A stretch of 64,000 nucleotides of DNA from Asaia bogorensis (GTDB taxonomy: Bacteria > Bacteroidota > Bacteroidia > Chitinophagales > Chitinophagaceae): assembly GCA_943367855.1 (NCBI GenBank), contig CALRKH020000001.1, positions 365 through 64,364 on the forward strand, in the 5' to 3' direction. Of this stretch, positions 36,531 through 45,380 are shown one piece after another. Made by a program: the position numbers and the translations under genes. Each line of letters opens with the position of its first letter. Positions within the stretch are counted from its first letter, which is position 1. The notes beneath the pieces are model-generated. The model did not search any database. It was given only the letters and a program-made list of their open reading frames with translations, and was not told the DNA's origin.

Positions 36531-37799
36531 TTAATAAGTATTTAGTTTTCCTTCAAATGCTTGCTTCAATATACTTTGCCTTAGCGCCTCTGCTTCTTTT
36601 AGCCCATTGGTTATTGTTTCTTCTATGTTATCGCAAACGCTTAAGCGGCTTTCGATTTCCTGAACGACTTTCTCTTGTTCGTCAATTGAGCAGATTGGCA
36701 AGGGATATTCTTTGAGTTTTGTTCCGTTTATGTTAGACTGATTAACACCAAAACTTCTAACGGTGTTCCCATGCGCCTTGGCGGTTTGAGAATTCAAAAA
36801 GTAAGTCAGATAATCTGCGTTTATGAGGCTGTCTATTCTATTTATCCGAATCAAATACCCTGCAAATATTGCTGGTCTTTCACCTTTGTATATAGCAGTC
36901 TTGCCTACGAGTTCGGCACTATTAGTCCTATTGAAAAGCACATCGTTTTTTTTGAGACGATACTTTTTAATTTCAGCTTCGTCATCAGTGTATACCAAAT
37001 CACTCCAGTCAAATCTGCCGTTTTGAATATTACCCATTCTTAATACAGGAATACTGCCTGCTTCTTTTGATTTAGCAGCAGACCCATATTCAACACCCGT
37101 ACAAACCTCCCCAATAGTCCCAATCCTCCATCCTTCCGGCAACTCCCCATCTTTCACGTTTGCGTTAGTGAGCCTGCCCTCAAAAGCCCATTTTAATACC
37201 GCCTGCCGATACACTTTTAGCTGCTGCTGTAGCTTCTTAAGCCCCTCTACTCCGTTATCCAGTTTACTGAAAAGTTCTTCGAGTTTTGAGACGATCGTTA
37301 CTTGTTCTTTTATTGGAGCTAACGTTATGTCAACATTTTTAAGTTTGGCTTGGTTTATAGACGACTGATTAACCGATTTCTGTGCAATGGATATAAAAAC
37401 GCCTCTCGCACGTAGATACTTTAATTGATAATTCAGAAAATCAGCATTAACCGACGTATTCGGCCTTAATAATAATAGATTGATGCCGTGGATAATCGGA
37501 GGAAATTTGGCTTGTTTATAAAGAGCCGTTTTGCCCAAGTGTATATCCGAATTGATGTGACTGAATAAAATGTCATTATCAATCAACCTATACTTCTCAA
37601 TAAAATCTTCGCTATTTTCTTCGATATATTTTACCCTGCTAAAATCAAATTGACCGTTCCATATTGTTTCAATTCTGGATATAGGCAACCCTATTTTATC
37701 ATCGTATTGTTTTGCTGAACTTCCATTTGTCATTTTATCGCAAACATCACCTAGCTTAACAATGTTCCAACTACTAAAGAGGCTTTTATTATCTTTCAT
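36531..37799 (-). CDS. hsdS: Type I R-M specificity subunit
   Basis: Two TRDs separated by conserved repeats (PIKEQVTIVSKLEELFSKLD...YRQAVLKWAFEGRL and PICSIDEQEKVVQEIESRLS...LRQSILKQAFEGKL). TAATG overlap with hsdR. Confidence 0.95.
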   Translation of the reverse strand: MKDNKSLFSSWNIVKLGDVCDKMTNGSSAKQYDDKIGLPISRIETIWNGQFDFSRVKYIEENSEDFIEKYRLIDNDILFSHINSDIHLGKTALYKQAKFPPIIHGINLLLLRPNTSVNADFLNYQLKYLRARGVFISIAQKSVNQSSINQAKLKNVDITLAPIKEQVTIVSKLEELFSKLDNGVEGLKKLQQQLKVYRQAVLKWAFEGRLTNANVKDGELPEGWRIGTIGEVCTGVEYGSAAKSKEAGSIPVLRMGNIQNGRFDWSDLVYTDDEAEIKKYRLKKNDVLFNRTNSAELVGKTAIYKGERPAIFAGYLIRINRIDSLINADYLTYFLNSQTAKAHGNTVRSFGVNQSNINGTKLKEYPLPICSIDEQEKVVQEIESRLSVCDNIEETITNGLKEAEALRQSILKQAFEGKLNTY

Positions 37800-40576
37800 T
37801 ATGCAGCTAATTCTTCGTTTAGTTCATTAATAATATCTTCCATTCCTTCGCCAAAGATTTGCCACATTTTGCCCCTGCCACCTACGGCATCAAACGGAGT
37901 GTAATCTAAGTCTTCGGCATCGATATGTATGCTGTTGGCTACATGGTCTTTTATCATGCGCAGCCACTGCATTTGTTCTTCTGTAAACTTTAGCGGGCCG
38001 GCTTGCTTTTTAAATAGCCATTGTTTAAAGTTGTTATCTACAGTTTTGTCGTAGCTGGCAAGGGTAGCATCTATGCCGCATACATGCCTTATGAGCGATA
38101 CCAGTGCTATCAGTTCATTCTTGGGGGTGCCGCTGGTGGTGGCGGTCAGTTCGTAAGCTCGCCATATATGCATGGGTGCCAGCAGTGGCTTGTCGGCTTT
38201 TAGCAGTTCCAGCACTTCTTTTATCATCTGGTAAGTAAGCTCTCGCCTGCGGTAGGGCTGGTTGTAATATATTTGCAGTGCTGTTATCTCGTCCTTATGC
38301 GCTTCCATCCACTGCCCGAAGTCCTGCACCAGTAGCGCTGCTTGCTCCTTATTGTCTTTGTCCCAGCCAGCACTGAGTATGCTATCTTGGTTAATGTGGT
38401 CTATTATTTGGCTGTGGCTTTTGCGCACCTGTTCTATATATACATTGAGCTCCCCAGTAAATGTGCTTGCTGCCTGCTCTATGATAGCATTGTGCCTTGC
38501 CTCATATGCTGCTTGTTTATCCGCAGGGCTGGCATTAGGCATTGCAATATCTGTTTGTTGCCGCATTTGCTCCATGGTGTCTGGGTCATAGGCATTCAGC
38601 AGTTCACCCACTACCTGTGGTAGTGTTTTGCCATTAGCCTTCTCGGCAAAGGTTTGCTGCTCTTTAGGTGTCAGTTGCTTATTCAGCCGTGCCAGTCTGT
38701 TTGCCAGTGTTGTGTATAGGTCTTCATCTCTGGCACCCACTGCCACTGCACCTAGCAGGTCTTTTAGTGCCACCCCAGGCTTTTTCTCTAGCGGTCGGCT
38801 ATCCGTTTTCAAGCTCTTTGTCACCCCCACAGCATCTACTATCACAAAATGGTCTTTGGTATATCGGGCCGTTTTAGACACCTTGTGCAGGTCATCTATA
38901 CTCAGCGTGCGTGTACCTCGCCCTTTCATTTGTTCAAAGTAATTACGGCTCTTCACATCCCGCATAAACAGCAGGCATTCCAGTGGCTTCACATCAGTTC
39001 CTGTTGCTATCATATCCACCGTCACCGCTATTCGGGGGCTGTAGTCATTCCTAAACTGTGCCAGCACCGATTTGGGGTCTTCCTCTGCCCTATAGGTTAT
39101 CTTCTTACAAAACCTATTCTCCTCCGCAAATTCCTCCCGCACTATATTAATGATATCATCTGCATGACTGTCAGTCTTGGCAAATATGAGTGTCTTAGGC
39201 ACTTCAAACGTACCGTCATCATTATACCTGTCGGGAAACATGCCGGGCAGGTTGTCTTTAAAGCTGCGTATTACGGTGCGTATCTGGCTTGGGTTTACTA
39301 TATCATCATCCAGCCGTTTGGCACTGTAGGCCACATCCTCATCTAGCTGCTCCCAAAACTTTCGTCTCGTCAGCCGTTCTCGCTTATCTATATACTCACC
39401 AAATTTTATCTCGGCTCCATTCTTTGTTATTTCTGTCTCTATAGTAAACACATGATAGGGCACTAGCACCCCATCTATCACCGCCTTTTCAAACCCATAA
39501 TCGCTTACTACGTTTTGATTAAAAAAACCAAATGTGCGATTGTCTGGTGTGGCTGTTAGTCCTGTCAAAAAACTATCAAAGTATTCTAGCACCTGCTTCC
39601 ACAGATTATAGATGCTGCGGTGACACTCATCTATCACCACAAAGTCAAAAAAAGCTATTGGCAACTTAGGGTTATAGGCTATCGGTGGCACCTCTCTAGG
39701 CTGCCATTGCTCATTAGGGTTCCTTTCTTCTGCACTATCATCCAGCTCGTCACCTTTTAGCACCGAGTAGAGGCGTTGTATCGTACTTATATACACTTGG
39801 TTATCCGTAGGTATAAAGCTACTCTTCAACCTATGTACACCATACAGCTCAGTAAACTTGCGGTTATCATCATTGGGCAGATAAGCATTAAACTCCTGTT
39901 CTGCTTGCTCTCCTAGATTTTTGGTATCTACTAAAAACAATATGCGTTTAGCTCCCGCATATTTCAGCAGGCGATATATAAATGTAATCGCCGTAAATGT
40001 CTTTCCCGACCCTGTTGCCATTTGTATCAATGCACGAGGTCTATTTTCTTTAAACGATTGTTCCAGCTGGTTTATAGCCAACACCTGGCAGTCCCTCAAT
40101 CCTGTAGTAGGTAGTTCAGGCATACTTAGCAAACTAGTCCTTAAAGAGGCTCCTTTTCTCAGCCATTCCTTAAAAACCTCTGGTGTGTGAAAACTAAACA
40201 CCTGCCTTGCTCTTGGTTTAGGGTCTCTGTAATCCGTAAAACGGGTCACATCTCCAGTACTTTCATATACAAATGGCAGAGGGTCGTTATTTAAGTATTT
40301 TAGTTTGCTAGTAGCATACTCTAAGCTTTGATCCTCTACAGTAGTCAGCTGTATTCCCTTATTTTTCTCCTTCGCCTCTATAATGCCTACTGGCTTTTTA
40401 TCCACAAAAAGCACATAATCAGCAGGCCCTGTCGATGTTTGGTATTCTCGCACAGCCACACCTATACCAGCCGCCAAATTTATGTTGGCCTTTCCCTGCA
40501 CCAGCCAGCCACAGGCAGCCAACTGCCTGTCTATCTCATCTCTGGCTGTTTGTTCGGGATTTTGGTTGCTCATCAT
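37799..40576 (-). CDS. hsdR: Type I R-M restriction subunit (EcoEI-like)
   Basis: Nuclease motif ADYVL...IIEAK, helicase motifs MATGSGKT, IDECHRS, LTATP, MIATGTD and QMKGRGTR, and an EcoEI_R_C-like C-terminus. Confidence 0.96.
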   Translation of the reverse strand: MMSNQNPEQTARDEIDRQLAACGWLVQGKANINLAAGIGVAVREYQTSTGPADYVLFVDKKPVGIIEAKEKNKGIQLTTVEDQSLEYATSKLKYLNNDPLPFVYESTGDVTRFTDYRDPKPRARQVFSFHTPEVFKEWLRKGASLRTSLLSMPELPTTGLRDCQVLAINQLEQSFKENRPRALIQMATGSGKTFTAITFIYRLLKYAGAKRILFLVDTKNLGEQAEQEFNAYLPNDDNRKFTELYGVHRLKSSFIPTDNQVYISTIQRLYSVLKGDELDDSAEERNPNEQWQPREVPPIAYNPKLPIAFFDFVVIDECHRSIYNLWKQVLEYFDSFLTGLTATPDNRTFGFFNQNVVSDYGFEKAVIDGVLVPYHVFTIETEITKNGAEIKFGEYIDKRERLTRRKFWEQLDEDVAYSAKRLDDDIVNPSQIRTVIRSFKDNLPGMFPDRYNDDGTFEVPKTLIFAKTDSHADDIINIVREEFAEENRFCKKITYRAEEDPKSVLAQFRNDYSPRIAVTVDMIATGTDVKPLECLLFMRDVKSRNYFEQMKGRGTRTLSIDDLHKVSKTARYTKDHFVIVDAVGVTKSLKTDSRPLEKKPGVALKDLLGAVAVGARDEDLYTTLANRLARLNKQLTPKEQQTFAEKANGKTLPQVVGELLNAYDPDTMEQMRQQTDIAMPNASPADKQAAYEARHNAIIEQAASTFTGELNVYIEQVRKSHSQIIDHINQDSILSAGWDKDNKEQAALLVQDFGQWMEAHKDEITALQIYYNQPYRRRELTYQMIKEVLELLKADKPLLAPMHIWRAYELTATTSGTPKNELIALVSLIRHVCGIDATLASYDKTVDNNFKQWLFKKQAGPLKFTEEQMQWLRMIKDHVANSIHIDAEDLDYTPFDAVGGRGKMWQIFGEGMEDIINELNEELAA

Positions 40577-40892
40577 TTTTCACAATCAGGTGTCATGCAA
40601 TAACGCTTATTTCAAAAGTAACAAATTAGCCCATAACAAAGTAGCTTAATGATTATTTTTTAGTTTTGTTCTCTTCTTCCCCAACATACACACACGCTCC
40701 ACCCACCCGCTACCCCATAGCCAAAATCAATATCATCGTATCAATCCCTTTACTACATTTGTAATTCTGTTACCCTACTCAGGGTCGCTTTCCCCCACAC
40801 CACTTCATCAGTATATTGCTGGCCACCCACCCTGGCTATTCATCACCCATATTTCCACTATCACTTAAAATACAATCTAAAACCAACCCACT

Positions 40893-42056
40893 ATGCCCTC
40901 AACACACCCCCTAACCACCCTAGCAAAAAGTGCGCAATTTTGCACATATACAACACAAAAATCACATACACTATACACTCATTATCAGTCACTTACACCC
41001 CAAAATTGCCCACCACCTCAAAAAATAAAAAATGCGCAAAAACACACCATTCATCAGCGCCACTTTTTCAGCTCCTTATTCACTATTGCGGCACTACTCT
41101 TATTATCCATTGCTACCACCATTACATCTTGCAGTCAGCCCCCTCAGCCACTTGTAGTAGGCTTCTACAACTGCGAAAACCTATTCGATACATCCATCAG
41201 CTCCCCTTCAGATACCGACTTTGTAGCTGGCGGTCCTCACAACAATAACACATATATCTATACACACCGCCTTCGCCAAATTGCTACTGCCATATCATCC
41301 ATTCACCCACCCCACGGCCCCACCCTACTCGGCCTCGCCGAAGTTGAAAATATCACTGTGCTAAAAGACCTCATAGCACAGCCACACATCAGGCGTCCCT
41401 ACAAAGGGCTCCTATCACATGGTAGCGATAAGCGCGGCATACAAGTTGGGCTCCTATACGATAGCACTATTTTCAAAGTCATACAGGTCCGGTCAGTAAC
41501 TATACCTATCAATGGCTCCACCAGAGACATACTACACGTCACTGGCCTCATAAAATCCGACACTATACACATACTTGTCAATCATTGGCCATCTCGCACT
41601 GGCAACGATAGCCTGAATGAAAACCGCAGACTTACAGCAGCATACACCTGCCAATCAATATTAGAAAGTATAACCACTAAAAATCCCAATGCACTCATCA
41701 TCACCATGGGCGACTTCAACGACAACCCCACCGACAGTAGTATTTCTATACTTACCCACCCCTCCACTCACCAGCTGGCCTTATATAATCCATTCACTAC
41801 CAGCTACCATCAAAACAAAGGCACCATCATGCACAGCCACCGCTGGCACCTCTTCGATCAAATCTTACTTTCACAATCATGGACATCACTATGCAACAAT
41901 ACACTACCCTACGGCAATATAATCAACTGCCCGTTCCTTCATAAAAAACAGGATACTACAGCTGCACCACACAAAGCTTGGCTCGGCAGCTATTATACAC
42001 ACGGCCACTCTGATCACTTACCAGTAAGTGTCACATTAAACTACAATACCCAATGA
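40893..42056 (+). CDS. Endonuclease/exonuclease/phosphatase-family lipoprotein; start uncertain, possible frameshifted leader
   Basis: FYNCENLFD, GLAEVEN, VNHWPSR, MGDFND, LFDQI and SDHLP motifs; lipobox ITSC. There is no in-frame ATG near the signal peptide. Confidence 0.85.
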   Translation: MPSTHPLTTLAKSAQFCTYTTQKSHTLYTHYQSLTPQNCPPPQKIKNAQKHTIHQRHFFSSLFTIAALLLLSIATTITSCSQPPQPLVVGFYNCENLFDTSISSPSDTDFVAGGPHNNNTYIYTHRLRQIATAISSIHPPHGPTLLGLAEVENITVLKDLIAQPHIRRPYKGLLSHGSDKRGIQVGLLYDSTIFKVIQVRSVTIPINGSTRDILHVTGLIKSDTIHILVNHWPSRTGNDSLNENRRLTAAYTCQSILESITTKNPNALIITMGDFNDNPTDSSISILTHPSTHQLALYNPFTTSYHQNKGTIMHSHRWHLFDQILLSQSWTSLCNNTLPYGNIINCPFLHKKQDTTAAPHKAWLGSYYTHGHSDHLPVSVTLNYNTQ

Positions 42057-42073
42057 AAACAAAATCTACTTCA

Positions 42074-43279
42074 CTAAACCCGCTCCAATATCACAGCATA
42101 GCCCTGTCCAAGACCAATACACATAGTAGCCAGCGCATATTTCTTTTGTTGCTTTTGCAATTCTAGTGCTGCTGAATATACTATCCTTGCCCCAGTCATT
42201 CCCAATGGATGACCAAGTGCAATAGCTCCACCATTAGGGTTCACTCTTATATCATCATCTGCCAAACCAAGTTGGCGCGTACATGCCAAACTTTGTGCAG
42301 CAAAAGCCTCATTAATTTCTATGATATCAATATCCTCAAGTTTCAAACCTGCTTTCGCTAGAGCCTTATTAGTTGCACCTACTGGACCTATACCCATTAT
42401 CCTGGGCTCCACACCTACCACTGCCGAGCTAACTATTCTAGCTTTAGGCGTCACTCCATATTGTGCCACTGCCCCACCAGATAATATATACAATACTGCT
42501 GCCCCATCATTCAGGCCAGAAGCATTACCAGCAGTTACTGTGCCGTCTTTTTTAAATGCCGGCTTCAATGTTGCTAGCTTTTCTACCGTAGAACCTGGTT
42601 TTATAAATTCATCTTGCGACACCATTATAGCATCACCTTTCTTTTGCGGAATTGGTACTGGTGCAATTTCCTCTACAAATCTGCCTGCTTTTTGTGCCGT
42701 TGCAGCTTTCATTTGCGACCTATATGCAAACAAATCTTGGTCTTCTCTGCTAATGTTATACATCTCTGCCAAATTTTCAGCAGTTATACCCATTGGGTCA
42801 GTACCATACAATTTGTGCATTTGTGGATTTATGAATCTCCAACCAAAACTGCTATCATACATCTGTGCATCACCACCAAAAGCTGAAGATGTTTTAGATA
42901 TTACCCAGGGGCTTCGCGTCATGTGCTCCATACCACCTGCCATAAAGACATCGCCGTCTCCGGCTTTTATAGCCCTAGCAGCAGCAATTACTGCCGACAT
43001 ACCAGAAGCGCAAAGTCTATTAATTGTTTCACCTGGCACACTCCATGGCAAACCAGCCAGTAGTAGGGCCATTCTTGCTACATTCCTATTATCCTCTCCC
43101 GCCTGATTATGACAACCTATAATTACATCATCTATAGCATCTAGAGGTATATTTGTGTTTCTGGCACCAAGTTCTTTTAATACATGAGCAGCTAAGTCAT
43201 CGGCCCTTATGCCAGCCAAAACACCTTTTATATTACCAATTGGGGTGCGCACACCATCTACTATATATGCCTCTTTCAT
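42074..43279 (-). CDS. Acetyl-CoA C-acyltransferase (thiolase, PcaF/PaaJ-like)
   Basis: INRLCASGM, NEAFA, GHPLGMTG and CIGLGQG. Confidence 0.95.
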   Translation of the reverse strand: MKEAYIVDGVRTPIGNIKGVLAGIRADDLAAHVLKELGARNTNIPLDAIDDVIIGCHNQAGEDNRNVARMALLLAGLPWSVPGETINRLCASGMSAVIAAARAIKAGDGDVFMAGGMEHMTRSPWVISKTSSAFGGDAQMYDSSFGWRFINPQMHKLYGTDPMGITAENLAEMYNISREDQDLFAYRSQMKAATAQKAGRFVEEIAPVPIPQKKGDAIMVSQDEFIKPGSTVEKLATLKPAFKKDGTVTAGNASGLNDGAAVLYILSGGAVAQYGVTPKARIVSSAVVGVEPRIMGIGPVGATNKALAKAGLKLEDIDIIEINEAFAAQSLACTRQLGLADDDIRVNPNGGAIALGHPLGMTGARIVYSAALELQKQQKKYALATMCIGLGQGYAVILERV

Positions 43280-43342
43280 TATTGCTCAATTTGCTTTAGA
43301 GAACAAATGTAAGGGTAATTTCACCTCAACAAAACTGAAACA

Positions 43343-44080
43343 CTATCCCTCCAGATGAATAGAAATAACAATAGTCCTCGTACTCAGCTGATCTATGGCA
43401 TTGGTAAGCTGCAAAGATCTATCTCTAAAAAGTTGATTAGACAAACCTTGGCTGACCTTTATTTCTGGCGAAAAAATAAAGTTAGGGTTAAAGAACTCAA
43501 ATCCAAATCCAAATTCATAACCAAAATCAGTAGGACTTATCTTAATAAATTCATCCGTTCTTCTAGACCTAGCGTTAGCTGCCAAATCATAATCAAATTT
43601 ACCCCCTAACAAACCATAAAAACGAAAATTCTTGATTCTATCGCTTTTGAATTTTAATTGAAACGGCAAGTGCATGTAAATAGATTCTATTGTTCTATCC
43701 GCTACACTATCTTTAGGGAAGCCATACTCATATTGCAATCGTTTTTCAGAGAATGCTAATGATGGTACAAATCTGAAGTCAATAAAGTTGGTTAATTTAA
43801 GATTGCCCATCAAACCAAGATTAAATCCAGGTTGCCAAAGAGGCTGAATTCGTTTGAAAGTATCAGTACTTGCAAATGTTGAAGAATAGCTGATTCTGTG
43901 TACAGAATAATTGAGCCCAAAAGTGATTCCAAAATAATATAGCTTATCATCATGGTCAGCCATGTTCAACAATGGTCTTTGTGCCATTGTAGAATATCCC
44001 GAAAAGATACAAGCGTATAAGAGTAAATACTTTTTGAACAAAACGAAAAATATTGGAACGTAATGATAACGTTTGGGCAC
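43343..44080 (-). CDS. porT: Type IX secretion/gliding outer-membrane beta-barrel protein PorT/SprT
   Basis: HDDK.YYFGITFGLN, PGFNLGL.GNL.L..F.DFRF.P.L.F.E..L and YGFG.EF......FSPEIK.S.GL.N pattern. Confidence 0.75.
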   Translation of the reverse strand: MPKRYHYVPIFFVLFKKYLLLYACIFSGYSTMAQRPLLNMADHDDKLYYFGITFGLNYSVHRISYSSTFASTDTFKRIQPLWQPGFNLGLMGNLKLTNFIDFRFVPSLAFSEKRLQYEYGFPKDSVADRTIESIYMHLPFQLKFKSDRIKNFRFYGLLGGKFDYDLAANARSRRTDEFIKISPTDFGYEFGFGFEFFNPNFIFSPEIKVSQGLSNQLFRDRSLQLTNAIDQLSTRTIVISIHLEG

Positions 44081-44245
44081 GAAGATACAGTATGTGTCGT
44101 ATACTGAAACAGTATTTAAAGAAGGATTAGCAACAAATAGTTACTTCAAATCGCACAAAAGCAGCTAACTCTATATATTTTTCAACGTTATCGATAATCT
44201 TTCAACAAAGATTTAATATTTTAGCGTGTCAAAAGCAAACTTTCG

Positions 44246-44752
44246 ATGCCCATACGCAACATATTTATATCCGCATTTCTTACTTTAGCTATTTTCACTG
44301 CTATAGCATATACTTCCTGCAAAAAGGACAAGTGCGAAAACGTCATATGTCTAAATCTGGGTGCTTGTGATGAAGGTTCGTGCGTCTGTCCAATTGGCTA
44401 TGAAGGTGATCGTTGTGAAATCTTATCTCGGGATAAATTCATATTTACTTACAATGGCCATGACACTTGTAATATAGACACAACTAAAACCTTTGAATCT
44501 TATCCTATTTATTTTAGAGCAGTTTTAAATAATCCTCGTCAAATGATGATGAAAAACTTCCTAAATGACATGGATGATAGTGCGATTTGCACAGTTATGG
44601 GCATAGATACTTTTGTATTTAATGGGGCTAATAATAGTACCACCTATGTAGGCACAGGAAAATGGAGTAATGACTCTTTGTGGCTTGTTTATCGTGTAGA
44701 AAGAGATACAACCTCATACGATTGTAAGTTCTTTGGCCAAGGATTGCGCTAA
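44246..44752 (+). CDS. Lipoprotein with an N-terminal EGF-like domain
   Basis: Lipobox YTSC followed by CENVICLNLGACDEGSCVCPIGYEGDRC; N-terminus paralogous to 15492..16175. Confidence 0.85.
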   Translation: MPIRNIFISAFLTLAIFTAIAYTSCKKDKCENVICLNLGACDEGSCVCPIGYEGDRCEILSRDKFIFTYNGHDTCNIDTTKTFESYPIYFRAVLNNPRQMMMKNFLNDMDDSAICTVMGIDTFVFNGANNSTTYVGTGKWSNDSLWLVYRVERDTTSYDCKFFGQGLR

Positions 44753-44791
44753 AGACCTAACTGATAAAACCTCAGATAATTTTTGATTATT

Positions 44792-44821
44792 ACGGCATTG
44801 GCTACTCGCCATTGCCGTTTT
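44792..44821 (+). terminator. Intrinsic terminator
   Basis: ACGGCATTGGC-tactc-GCCATTGCCGT-TTT; a TATATTTG promoter element follows at 44823-44830. Confidence 0.65.
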
Positions 44822-44850
44822 GTATATTTGCATCCTAATAAGATAAAGGT

Positions 44851-45264
44851 ATGTATCCAGAACAATTAGTAGCTCCTATGAAGGCAGAGCTTACCACTCA
44901 AGGATTTAAAGAACTTCTTACAGCAGCAGAAGTAGATAATACATTAAAAGCAACAGGCACTACATTATTGGTTATCAACAGTGTTTGTGGATGCTCTGCT
45001 GGAACAGCAAGACCAGGAGTATTGATGGCAGTTAAAAACTCATCTAAATTACCAAATCAACTCACAACTAGTTTTGCGGGCTTTGATATAGATGCAGTAA
45101 AACAAGCTAGAACTTATTTATTACCATACCCTCCTTCATCGCCTGCTATAGCTCTATTGAAAGATGGAAAAGTAGTGCACATGATCGAACGTCACAACAT
45201 TGAAGGACGTTCAGCACAAATGATAGCAGCCAACCTATTGCAAGCATTTGAAACCTACTGTTAA
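44851..45264 (+). CDS. BrxA/BrxB-family bacilliredoxin (YphP/YqiW-like)
   Basis: INSVCGCSAGTARPG (CGC active site), TSFAGFD, PPSSPAIAL.KDG and ERHNIEG. Confidence 0.93.
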   Translation: MYPEQLVAPMKAELTTQGFKELLTAAEVDNTLKATGTTLLVINSVCGCSAGTARPGVLMAVKNSSKLPNQLTTSFAGFDIDAVKQARTYLLPYPPSSPAIALLKDGKVVHMIERHNIEGRSAQMIAANLLQAFETYC

Positions 45265-45294
45265 TAACTTTACTTTTCTTCAGACCGTATGAAC

Positions 45295-45321
45295 AAAAAA
45301 GCGAGATTCCTCGCTTTTTTT
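45295..45321 (+). terminator. Intrinsic terminator
   Basis: AAAAAAGCGAG-attc-CTCGCTTTTTTT. Confidence 0.85.
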
Positions 45322-45380
45322 ATTTGTATGAGCTCTACTAAAACTTAACTTAGCCACGCAAAAAACAGTCACTATAAAAA

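Noticed and set aside
31961-40892. Search for integrase, transposase, att-like direct repeats or a retron RT/ncRNA around the hsd locus
   Set aside because: None seen by eye, so neither a mobile element nor a retron-Septu is called.
42321-43106. 261-aa plus-strand ORF
   Set aside because: Antisense shadow of the conserved thiolase.
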